A stretch of 56,757 nt of DNA, filler included, from Barthelona sp. PAP020 (taxonomy: Eukaryota): the NCBI GenBank assembly GCA_040182905.1. It is 3 parts of 3 records of this genome, joined end to end, with 100 filler letters (N's around TTAATTAATTAA, not from the genome) between each part and the next. Parts side by side here need not be neighbours in the genome. Positions count along the whole stretch, not along the records: positions 1 to 18,948 come from JARQWU010000216.1; positions 19,049 to 37,980 come from JARQWU010000217.1; 1 more part is not named here. One strand, written 5' to 3'. The notes below the pieces were generated by a model. That model did no database searches, was not told the DNA's origin, and saw only the letters and a list, made by a program, of their open reading frames with translations. Made by a program: the position numbers and the translations under genes. Positions 11,701 to 20,384 of the stretch are shown here, piece by piece. Each line of letters starts with the position of its first letter. The stretch's first letter is position 1.

Positions 11701-11819
11701 TCTATTTGATTTCGTAACGCTTCATTTTCAGAAAATAAATTATCATTCTCTCTTGAAAATTGTTCATTTTTTTCTGCATATTCTGTAATTAATGCCATTA
11801 ATTCTTCTATACGTGGCAT
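8793..11819 (-). CDS. Coiled-coil protein with long Glu/Asp-rich C-terminal half, 1008 aa, function unknown
   Basis: Long ORF with N-terminal heptad-rich E/K/L/Q sequence and poly-E tracts. Confidence 0.8.
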   Translation of the reverse strand: MPRIEELMALITEYAEKNEQFSRENDNLFSENEALRNQIETYTEILESIEIERQKQEELMTELLSQRDSMSYILESKDIHVQPEDYSRSLDIVDLSNTPEAIAVKLLYLQNERLRQRNEDILNEYNANKKNMNKLIEDQVRIIANLKSDVQRLQVVRITEKKIDEDVTNVSMLKEMLQMTNEHNRSLMIRQHELNFLSDLENNCMEKEKQINKLLRCIEEKDDEIMRLQQMINEDKEEIDDLKRSIVNLKMKANVVSQITDSFEIAQERMDALARENVELSTMFTELSKVVQDIVPHEKDKTRTFSNVQLKHKVRSTLKRKPDSEIVLPIKETSMISKKLLVHEENKKEDFEESKPVIVKETPSKQKISPKNPTFKKSKIELELIKPKEKENVIVDNTQDLEQKSNSANNKLKVFKAKRKDEVVTKIKSVEIDDVQMFLNVLADKFVNIVESKDLFNLIKRKVKDHKKNYTNVMQTALKMLAFSPIEDFKDIVEGLKSNEVHGNRLLDHLGIHANVLPKSELNDYFRIFSCFAYLCLKKVESKRNKSFPTIFEGKEYNKHCKIFIKIPLNQSQVTNVSVKSKKVSEDMNSKELISSPMLSDISTVTSNQFSEKIEAKDDQFKQKEILTDQSKELDQIEQQQEDEEEEEEPEEEEETIETIETDLPMEISVDLVDKENVSEVEIKEEENRISDKSSADKEIKSIVPSTKSKDEVNNETDDKSKLIDQTENLKVDLELKIDKEAKLVDETEETKEKLSHILSDEHEEVTIVDLKEPQNIEVDSEPAFDVHQAILKESPKKSHIENSSAIPETSIINEDDLTKDVTKDIITSDNEDEEVEQEEFGYLEEEQEDSEIEVESEDRTDSNEEKEESDELKEEEEEVVESEEEEEEIEEEVVNTVESANSDSEEQEEEEEEEEEEEENDLERDLFKDEFQKVEENSSVEDDAIEEYISDFEEPITDNEQVQTEYLEDGDFWKVQDSIKFDDEQFDDVNEKKIFSEKFKLLKKLEH
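9061..9096. repeat. (TCT)12 / (GAA)n coding microsatellite encoding poly-Glu
   Basis: Perfect trinucleotide run inside the 1008-aa ORF. Confidence 0.9.
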
Positions 11820-12161
11820 TATATTTGAAATAATTTGTTTAACAACTTATAATTTGATAAGTTGGACCAAAAAAATTTTTTAATCCCGAACTGAAATTTT
11901 TTATTCATAAAGATATTAAGAATTTATTTCAATTGAAAACATGTATAAAAATATATGTATGCCTGAATGTTTGAAATATCAAACATAAGTAAAGAAATGA
12001 ACAATTAATTTTTATTCGAGTTCTTTTTCAATTCCTTTCACTATTGACTTCAAAAAAAAAAGTATAAACAACCGTAAAATGTTCAAAAAAAAACAAAAGA
12101 ATAAATAAAATCCATTTACAAAGAAGATTTCAAAGATATTGTGAAAATACCAACAATGATC

Positions 12162-13769
12162 TTATTTTGTCTCTTTATCAAACCAAGGAGCAGGACCATA
12201 ATAATGTTTTGGATGATAATAGCGAGTTGAAGATTTTACCCATTCGTAATCATACTCAGGATATTTATTGGCGTTCTTCAAGTAAGAGCTTTCTTCAAAT
12301 TCAATTTCGAATTCAGCCGCCCAAATATCAGCCCATTGAGCTTGTGAATCATAATAATAAGAGTAAGGATAACCATAATAACCACAAGAATCAGGATCAT
12401 TTTGCTTAAATTCACCAACTCTGGTGAAAATTGAACGTAAATCATCAACTTGAACACCAGTAAGATTTAATAAGTTGTCAGAACCATCAATTTCCTTCAA
12501 TTGGAAAGTGTATGTGGTATCTGAATCCAAGTAACGATTGGAAATACAATATTGTTTGGTAGGATCAAAACCAAGATCCTTATAGGTGTCAGTAACTTGA
12601 AGATGAGCAATGGTATCTCTCAAATCTTTATCCCAATAATCAGGGAAGGAATAACCATCCACTCTGGTATAGTTGTCACACATGAACCAATGTCTTGGAT
12701 TACGACCATTAGGACAAATAAACATTTCATCACGATAACCGATTTTACCTGTAAGATAATCAAGAGAATGACTGTTTGTGACATTCCAAGAATTTCTAAT
12801 AATCAAAATTCCTCGGTCCAATTGTTTAGCAAGATTAACACTGTAAGTGAATTCGTCATTGAAACCAACCAAATTAACAAGATGTTCTCCTCTTAACTCA
12901 GTTTTTGATCCAACATTTGTCAAAATACCATCACCGGTTAACCCTTTATTTCTTAAAATCAGATATTTGCACTTACCATCAATTTTATACTTACATTCTT
13001 TACATACATCAGTTGTTGCAAAGACACTTCCTTCCAAACAATCAACATATTGATGTGTTTCAGAAAGAATAGCAATGTTGAATCCTAATGGTCTATCTGT
13101 ACGAACAACAGCTTCTTTCATTGAAGTAAGATCGTAATGAGTCTTCATTGACTTAACATTCATCTTAATAGGGTTTTTGCTAATTGCGGTGGCATAATTA
13201 TCGCACTTCTTGTCATTGTCTAAACTATCTTCAGGTTGATAAGGACAAACACTATGAGGTAAGATCTTATCTTTTAACCAATCTCTGAAATAATAAAGGA
13301 AATATGACCAACCATCGTTTGTGTTTCCAGTAGCTTGAGGGGAAATAGGACAATTATCAGGAGATTGTGAACAATAATCAATTAAACTAACACCATATGC
13401 TTGTTCAGAAAACTCAACCCATTCATCATCAGCTAAATATCCTTGTTCTCTTCCTTGAGCCAAATAATGACCTTCTACAACACCAATACTGGCAAAAATA
13501 TAACATGTTCCACGGCGATGTTGATCAGAAACAGAATGAGGACGAGTGATAACATATTTATTGGGCAAGGGTTTCATGTTGTTCATTTGCTCCTTTAAAA
13601 TCTCTAATTCATGATTATTGGCGTTAGATTTAAAAGCAGCAATAAAAATAATTCCAAATGCCAATAAACACAAAACAATTTCAAATACCAATCTTGCAAT
13701 GCTATTTTTAGTCTTTCTCTCATCCGTATCGTACGATGAATTCAATAAGGGCGCAGAAGGATCCACCAT
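12162..13769 (-). CDS. Papain-family (C1A) cysteine protease with N-terminal signal anchor
   Basis: DQHRRGTCYIFAS (oxyanion Gln and catalytic Cys), FSEQ, GEHLVNLVGFND (His), IIRNSW (Asn). Hydrophobic segment LVFEIVLCLLAFGIIFIAAF near the N-terminus. Confidence 0.88.
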   Translation of the reverse strand: MVDPSAPLLNSSYDTDERKTKNSIARLVFEIVLCLLAFGIIFIAAFKSNANNHELEILKEQMNNMKPLPNKYVITRPHSVSDQHRRGTCYIFASIGVVEGHYLAQGREQGYLADDEWVEFSEQAYGVSLIDYCSQSPDNCPISPQATGNTNDGWSYFLYYFRDWLKDKILPHSVCPYQPEDSLDNDKKCDNYATAISKNPIKMNVKSMKTHYDLTSMKEAVVRTDRPLGFNIAILSETHQYVDCLEGSVFATTDVCKECKYKIDGKCKYLILRNKGLTGDGILTNVGSKTELRGEHLVNLVGFNDEFTYSVNLAKQLDRGILIIRNSWNVTNSHSLDYLTGKIGYRDEMFICPNGRNPRHWFMCDNYTRVDGYSFPDYWDKDLRDTIAHLQVTDTYKDLGFDPTKQYCISNRYLDSDTTYTFQLKEIDGSDNLLNLTGVQVDDLRSIFTRVGEFKQNDPDSCGYYGYPYSYYYDSQAQWADIWAAEFEIEFEESSYLKNANKYPEYDYEWVKSSTRYYHPKHYYGPAPWFDKETK

Positions 13770-14072
13770 AATATATTATTGAAATGAGAACATTCTTTTT
13801 TTGTCAAATTTTTTCCAATTTTTTAATTTGTCAGAAAAAAATTTTGAATAATAATGATGAAAATCATTTAAAAATAATTTTATGTTGTTATAGAGTATGG
13901 TTATCATATTATCAAAATAAAAAAAATTAGTCAATTGTTGATGAAATAATATCAGTAATTCCAAAAGAATAAAGAAAAGGGGAAAGAAGAAAAAACTAAA
14001 AAAAAAAAAGAAAGATTGCCAAGAAGACAAATTCCAAGATCAAGGATTTGGTTCTTTTGATACAGTTTTGTT

Positions 14073-15680
14073 ATGATGAGAAATAACTTTTGTTTGAAAG
14101 TTCTTATTGCAGGAGTATTCTTTTCATTAGTTTTTTGTCAAAAATTAACGTACGATTATGAGATCGAAATTGGGGATATGACTGGTATTTCCATGAATAC
14201 TCATCAATATGATGCATTAGTCAGTGTTAGTGATAATCATTTTATATATGCTTTTAAAAATGGATATCAATTGATGAATGCTGTTGATAATTCAACACAA
14301 CCTACAAAAATGTGTAATGTTACAACATCTGGTTTGATCTTTAAACCAGCAATTTCATCATTGTACAAAAAAATTGCAACTATGGAAAGATTTGGTTCTG
14401 AATTTCAAATCAAAGTATATAATTTTTCTAGTTCGGCGAATTGTCCTCTTTATAAAGTTATTAAATATGATAAAGGGCCTTCTGTTGAATATGGAAAAAT
14501 GAGTTTTGGTGATGATGGTTTTATTTATGGTTATATTCGTGAATATAAAAGAGCATATTTTCCTACTCGATATACTGATTCTTCCAAGGTTACTCTTCAG
14601 TATTGGTTTTATATAGATAGTGAAACTGGTAATAATCACCTTACGGATGAAAGACATTCCGATTTTTTCGATGTGAAAAAATCCATTATCTTCCTAAATT
14701 ATAATTGGACCTTACATGTTTTAAATTGTTGGAAAGGCGATTGTTTAACATCATCTGATGGGCAAAAATACAGATATTGTGAAGCTGGAACATATTATGA
14801 CAACGATTTTTGGGCTGTTTGTCAACCTGCCGCAAGTAATGTTAATTATGAGTTGATTCATGTGCCATATGAAGCAAAATATTTCATAAGAAGAGATTTT
14901 CATAAAACGTTTTATTCTTTCTACAACGACATAACCTTTGGGACCAGTTTACATGCTCGTGGAAGGAAAATTTATGTTTCTGACCCATCTGCAAACAGTT
15001 ACAAAGGAATATTACACACAATACCTACTGACTTGGTAAATGGAAATGAAGACATCATCGAATATGCTTCTGCGGTTGTTCCCGATCGCTTTGGACAGAC
15101 ATTTGAGTTTTCAGATCGCTTTTCTATTATGATGATTGTTCCAAAGACTGCAGATGGAACAACTTTATATCGCAATCCAAAAATGTTCTTTTCATGGGAT
15201 TATGTTCCAATGCCCAAGGTTCCAATTGCTCCAAATAATCTGTTATCCACTCGTCAATTAATTATGATTGGTATTATTGTGGGGGGAGTAGCTATTGTTG
15301 GTGGAACAATTGCTTTTATTGCATGGAAAAAGGCAAACATGGATATGCAAGAAAGTATGTCAAATGAAATAGAAATGTCTCAAATGACATATAATAATGA
15401 TTTAAATGCTGTTAACACAAATAACGCTCTGCATGTCCCTCGAAATGATTTTGAAACTAATATGAACAGCAATCAAAGTGCTATTAATAGCAGTAATTCT
15501 GGTATAAATATGGAATCAAACCTAATTGGTAGCCAAAGTGGAGTTTATAGCTATGATAATCCTTCAGTTGGTGTCAATTATCCCGATGCTTTTGATAATT
15601 CGAATGTTGACAGCCGATATGAAGTGCCTTCATCGAGTTATCCCAGTACTGCTTCATATTCATACAATCCAAATCTTTGA
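14073..15680 (+). CDS. Type I membrane protein with beta-rich ectodomain containing FG-GAP-like repeats
   Basis: Signal peptide, FGTSLHARGRKIYVSDP..GIL and DRFGQTF motifs, TM LIMIGIIVGGVAIVGGTIAFIAW followed by KK, N/S/Y-rich cytoplasmic tail. Confidence 0.75.
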   Translation: MMRNNFCLKVLIAGVFFSLVFCQKLTYDYEIEIGDMTGISMNTHQYDALVSVSDNHFIYAFKNGYQLMNAVDNSTQPTKMCNVTTSGLIFKPAISSLYKKIATMERFGSEFQIKVYNFSSSANCPLYKVIKYDKGPSVEYGKMSFGDDGFIYGYIREYKRAYFPTRYTDSSKVTLQYWFYIDSETGNNHLTDERHSDFFDVKKSIIFLNYNWTLHVLNCWKGDCLTSSDGQKYRYCEAGTYYDNDFWAVCQPAASNVNYELIHVPYEAKYFIRRDFHKTFYSFYNDITFGTSLHARGRKIYVSDPSANSYKGILHTIPTDLVNGNEDIIEYASAVVPDRFGQTFEFSDRFSIMMIVPKTADGTTLYRNPKMFFSWDYVPMPKVPIAPNNLLSTRQLIMIGIIVGGVAIVGGTIAFIAWKKANMDMQESMSNEIEMSQMTYNNDLNAVNTNNALHVPRNDFETNMNSNQSAINSSNSGINMESNLIGSQSGVYSYDNPSVGVNYPDAFDNSNVDSRYEVPSSSYPSTASYSYNPNL

Positions 15681-16414
15681 GTGGTTTTGTTTTTTGTAAA
15701 GTTATTTATATAGCTCTTTATTTTTTTTTTTGTTCTTAATTTTGATTTTTGTTTCAAGTTGTTCAATCAAGTGATGGGATGTTTTTTCAATGTCAACTAC
15801 TGTAAATTATGGTCAAGTGATATTAATATGAAGAAATTCTTTCTCAAATACAGTTTGTATATTGAAATTTTAAAGTCCTATTCTTGAAGAAGAAAAGGAA
15901 AGAAAGGTCCATCATTATTACTTAAAAATATGTGGAAATGTACTTTGATACACTATTTTTGAATTGATTCTTTTGTTTTTTATAAAGAGAGATAAATTCT
16001 TTACTTTCATTAAAAATTAATTATTTAAAAGCATCTTTGAAAGCTAGAAATGAGAATATTTATTAATTTGTTGATGTATTGCAGTATATCACTAATTTTT
16101 AATTTTTTTAATTTGATTTAATTTTTTTTATTTGATATAGTTTCTTCTTTTTGGGTCATTCATTATGTTCATTGGTCAGATCTTTTGTAAATTTATCAGA
16201 ATGGTTTAAGTGACATTTGTTCCTTAATTACCCTTAAAATGTGATTTTATTTTGGGGAAGAGAATTCTTTACAAAATGATCAATAATTCAATCAAAATAA
16301 TGTATGAACATTTCAATAGTGCTTATTTTTCATTGAACTGGTCTCAAAAGAAAAAAATTCAAGTGGTGAGATTTTTATCATATTTTTTTTAATTAAATTG
16401 CATTTGTTGTTTTA

Positions 16415-16918
16415 ATGTCCACAAATGATTATTTAACTTGTGTGAAAGCATCGTTAATTGCTGCTTTTTCGATACAGAATCATTCCTCAATTGATGTTGA
16501 TCGTCACAATAGACCTGAAGTTGAAATAAGTCAAAGAGAAGAACTTTTATTAAATCCTATTTTGATTCCAATTTCTAATAACCAAAAGGTACTTATCGAA
16601 TCAAGTGTAAATTCAACAAGAATTTCCGTTGCATTTTCAAAAGCTGATGATGTAGATCAAGTTCTGTACAAACAGTATTTGAGATTTTTGATGGCCAGAG
16701 CTGAAACTTTATTTGTTTTGAGGAAAAAACCAATTGAAGGATTCGATGTCAGCTTTTTAATCACAAATAATCATATTGAAACATATATGGCACACAAAAT
16801 GGCTGATTTTGTTGTTGAAATGATTGAAGATATTCCAAAACAGATATCTCAAATTCAATCCAATGTAACTGAGCGTTTTAAAGCTTCTACAGAGTATTTT
16901 TTGAAGAATTTATCTTGA
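16415..16918 (+). CDS. ARPC4: Arp2/3 complex subunit 4 (p20-Arc)
   Basis: VDRHNRPEVE, ELLLNPILI, VLIESSVNSTRIS, RFLMARAE..FVLRKKPIEGFDVSFLITNNH; 167 aa. Confidence 0.96.
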   Translation: MSTNDYLTCVKASLIAAFSIQNHSSIDVDRHNRPEVEISQREELLLNPILIPISNNQKVLIESSVNSTRISVAFSKADDVDQVLYKQYLRFLMARAETLFVLRKKPIEGFDVSFLITNNHIETYMAHKMADFVVEMIEDIPKQISQIQSNVTERFKASTEYFLKNLS

Positions 16919-17087
16919 AGCAAAATTTTGTAAATAATTTTTCTGTCTCTTGAATTTTCATTTATAATTTGTAAATAATTGTAAAAAATGTTCATTTATT
17001 ATGGAATTTGGTTTGTTATAGTGAAAAGGAATGAAGAAAAAAAAAACAAATTGTAAAAACAAATTTTCTTTTTCATTGTGCCACTTT

Positions 17088-18548
17088 ATGTCTGATACCC
17101 TATCAATACATACTGATATATCTTCAAGATCCATTGCACATGGAGATTCTCCAGCTAAAGCAGCATTGAGACTTATTTTTCATCAAAAACGTCATGATAT
17201 TCGGAAAAAATGCAAAATTTTAGATCTCGAAAGAACAGGAATAATAAGCTTCAAAGATTTTATCAAAATTATTGATGATATGAATTGTGAAATATTAAAC
17301 ACGGATTTAAAACAGGCGAGAGATTATTATTTTTATGATAATGGAAGTTTTGTGAATTGGGATTCTTTAACAAAGAATTTATCTTTTCAATTCCGTCATG
17401 ATTCAACTATCAGTCCAAAAGATCAGGATTTGTTATTACGGATAGCTACTCCTAAGAATATTATATCTGATATATACAGTGTTAATTCTGAAGATAGAAA
17501 CAATACATTATCTATTTTTTCTGTTTCTGAGTTAGAGAATTCAAATCGATTTGAAAGAGAATCGAATCCGTTTAATTCGACAAGAAATTCTTCTTATAGA
17601 CCAGATTCTGCCTTGGAACCTGGTCCATTAGGTTCTTCATTGATGGATCAACCTTTTGCAGTTGATTTTGAAGACAATTCAGAAGTTCTATTAAGGAAAC
17701 GTATTTTGAACAAGATTGATAATTTTGAAAAACAATTGAAGCAAGCTGATATCACAAACAGGGGTGTTGTTGAATTAAGAGTGTTCCTATCATTATTAAG
17801 AGTCTTTAACATTCATTACACAGCTTCAGAATTGAATACCATTCGTCAAAATTGTATGGTCACTGACTTATCATACTACAATGAAGAGTTTGAACGTATT
17901 AAAGACCTCAGCGAGTTGTCTAATGAAGGTCAGTTGCTGTTAAGGTATAACAAATTTATGCGTTCTTGTTGCCCTCCAAAAGAGTTTTTGGAAGATCAAG
18001 AGTATGATTTGCACATGGATGAGAAAATTTGGAGACAAGTTGAACGTTGGGGAGAGATGGTTTCTACTCCAAAAAAAACTTCTAGATTATCAACATCTCA
18101 AAGAATTGAACAAAGTACATCTCCTCGTTTTTCTGAAAACAATTCAGAAAGAGTTTGTTTTGAAAAGGGAAGAGCCAATCCTTTATTAGACAAAGCTTCA
18201 TTGGGCAAATCGAAAAAATTCCATTTTCATGAAGATTCTTTGATTGCTGATGAAATGCAACCTGCTGGAGTTGTCACTCCCATGGAAAATGTCAATCTGA
18301 GAGAATTATTGTCTCTTAATTTTAGAGATCACAATGGGTATTTTGAGAGTTCTTCTATTCAAAAGACACTGCGAAACAATTCAACAAGAAAAATTTCTGA
18401 CCAATATGAAACATCAGCTTCTTCTTCTTTTAAAAATCCTTCTGTCAAGTTTAATCAAACTAACAATCGAATTTCTCCCTCTTCAAGTGATTCCCACCGT
18501 CCAACCACTCCAAGGACGTTTGCTCAAAGGAATCTGAATAGAGATTGA
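17088..18548 (+). CDS. EF-hand-like domain protein with Ser-rich tail (alternative ATG at 17031)
   Basis: Degenerate EF-hand loops DLERTGIISFKDF, DNGSFVNWDSL and DITNRGVVELRVF. Confidence 0.65.
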   Translation: MSDTLSIHTDISSRSIAHGDSPAKAALRLIFHQKRHDIRKKCKILDLERTGIISFKDFIKIIDDMNCEILNTDLKQARDYYFYDNGSFVNWDSLTKNLSFQFRHDSTISPKDQDLLLRIATPKNIISDIYSVNSEDRNNTLSIFSVSELENSNRFERESNPFNSTRNSSYRPDSALEPGPLGSSLMDQPFAVDFEDNSEVLLRKRILNKIDNFEKQLKQADITNRGVVELRVFLSLLRVFNIHYTASELNTIRQNCMVTDLSYYNEEFERIKDLSELSNEGQLLLRYNKFMRSCCPPKEFLEDQEYDLHMDEKIWRQVERWGEMVSTPKKTSRLSTSQRIEQSTSPRFSENNSERVCFEKGRANPLLDKASLGKSKKFHFHEDSLIADEMQPAGVVTPMENVNLRELLSLNFRDHNGYFESSSIQKTLRNNSTRKISDQYETSASSSFKNPSVKFNQTNNRISPSSSDSHRPTTPRTFAQRNLNRD

Positions 18549-18725
18549 ACAAGACACTCTATTTTGAATTCCCTTGTATGTATTTAATCTTTTTATAAAC
18601 TTTTCAAATTCAATTCTGTTTTTTTGAGGTTTATTCTTATAATTTTCACAGGGTGGACAATAATTGTCATTTTGAAAAGAAAAAAAGGGTTTAACATGAA
18701 TTTATTTGGATTTGAAAAAATGAAC

Positions 18726-18948
18726 TTAGTCAACAAGTTCAAGATCTTCAGTGTCTAAATCAGCAATGTTCTCTTCAACGGTGCTTGATTCAGTGACTTC
18801 GACGGGTTGATCGATGGAAACATCTTCATAAGCATATTGGAGCATCTTAAAGATCTTAGTACCATATTGTTGAGGTTCATCAAGAGAGAAACCAGAAGTT
18901 AACAAAGAAGTTTGATACAACAAATCAGATAAGTCCTTGAGTCCAGTT
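18726..18948 (-). CDS. HSP90: Cytosolic-type Hsp90, C-terminal fragment (5' part lost in the assembly gap)
   Basis: TGLKDLSDLLYQTSLLTSGFSLDEPQQYGTKIFKML matches Hsp90 KDL..LL.ETALL.SGFSL.DP..... RI.RM. Ends in LELVD*. Frame is open to the Ns. Confidence 0.88.
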
Positions 18949-19048
18949 NNNNNNNNNNNNNNNNNNNNNNNNNNNNNNNNNNNNNNNNNNNNTTAATTAA
19001 TTAANNNNNNNNNNNNNNNNNNNNNNNNNNNNNNNNNNNNNNNNNNNN
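18949..19048. other. Assembly gap with artificial six-frame-stop linker TTAATTAATTAA (18993-19004)
   Basis: 100-nt block N44-TTAATTAATTAA-N44, identical in form to 37981-38080. Confidence 0.97.
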
Positions 19049-19116
19049 TTCGTCCGGGAATCGAACCCGGGTCGCAACGATGGCAACGTCGCATTCTACC
19101 ATTAAACCAACGAAGC
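19049..19116 (-). tRNA. tRNA-Gly(GCC), last ~3 nt cut off by the gap
   Basis: GCTTCGT TG GTTT AATGGTA GAAT G CGACG TTGCCAT CGTTG CGAC CCGGG TTCGATT CCCGG ACGAA: cloverleaf with anticodon GCC. Confidence 0.95.
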
Positions 19117-19489
19117 TGGTGAAAAGAAAGATTTTTCAACATGCTTGTAATCAGGTTTGTAAATAATAACATTGTTGAATATCTTAATATTTTTTGGGGC
19201 TGAAATTATATTATTATAATGACATTCTTTCGTTTAATTAAATCAAAAATTTAATTACAAATTTAATTATTAGATATTTATGAGGTTTGAGTTGTTCAGT
19301 GAACAAAGAAACGAGTTAGCCAAAGGTTTGGGAAAAACTCATGTGGATTCAGATGCCCAAGTAACTTAAAAATTTGGACCTAAAGGTGGTCAAGAAACAA
19401 CAAATAACGAAAGTGATATTTAATGACCTCTTTATATATCTCCAATAAATTCCGATCCTTGAGCATGAACTTCCACATATTTTAATTAA

Positions 19490-19992
19490 TTTTAGTCCAG
19501 TTGTGAAACAATTATGTTTATTAGTAAAGAAAGTAAATCCAGAAATTTCGTTGAAGCAAATTTCAGTTAAAATATCTGGAGGAGAATTGAAGAACTGAAA
19601 TGTAATTGGAACACTTTACCTTGGAAAATCTAAAGTTTTTTAATAGATCAATCGGGTCTCGAAAACCTTTAACCAAACAAACACTATTCTTTTTTATTCA
19701 CTCATACGCACAGTGCTTGTTGGCTTGGAAATAATTCAAGTAAATATCAATCAAAACTCGAAGGGAATTGAAAAAAAAAATTCAATTTTTTTGATCAAAT
19801 ATTGAAGATATAAAAAAGAATTTTTCTTTGTAATTTGTATTTAGAAATGCAAAATTTTAAAATCGTTACCTTTCATTTTTTAAATAATTAAAAAGTTACA
19901 ACAGATTCATCGGATCTCAAAAGCCTTAAAACAAATGAACACTATTGTTTCTTATTCACTCACACGCAAAGTGTTTCTTAGCCTGTAAACAG
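19490..19992 (+). repeat. Dispersed AT-rich repeat, two degenerate tandem copies (~19490-19736 and ~19737-19992)
   Basis: Core AGATCAATCGG...GAAAACCTTTAACCAAACAAACACTATTCTTTTTTATTCACTCATACGCACAGTGCTT..TGGCTTGGAAATAAT recurs at ~38835, ~41802 and ~44385. Confidence 0.85.
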
Positions 19993-20384
19993 TTTATTGA
20001 ATTGAGTTGAATTTCTGATGCAAAATCTTTTAACAAAACTGGCATACAAAGACAAAGAATTTCGAAGTTGCAGTTATGGCTATCGTCATATTGCTCAATC
20101 ATACGCCAAAGCATATTTCCATCATAATTTTTTTAATTTCGACTGAGTTTCAGCATGTGCTGAAAACCATTCTATGCTAATCTTTATTTATATGAATTCA
20201 AACTGTCCAAAATTGTTTTATGATTTGAGTGAACATGTTTAGAGTAATATATCACTATTGTCCTTTCTCAATTCAATGACCAGCTATTTGATTTTAGGTT
20301 GAAGTTACCTTCATAACTTCAAATGAAGAAGAAACAAAAAACTGAGATACATTTATTTTTTTGTAAACTTTAAAACTTTTAAAT

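Noticed and set aside
13776..14030. 84-aa Phe-rich minus-strand ORF
   Set aside because: Translation of A/T tracts in a divergent promoter region, with a non-ATG start.
18726..18948. Split or trans-spliced Hsp90 as in Giardia
   Set aside because: The frame is open right to the assembly gap; truncation is explained by the contig end.
20148..20165. Inverted repeat TTTCAGCA-TG-TGCTGAAA
   Set aside because: A single 8-bp arm pair is expected by chance in 57 kb of AT-rich DNA.
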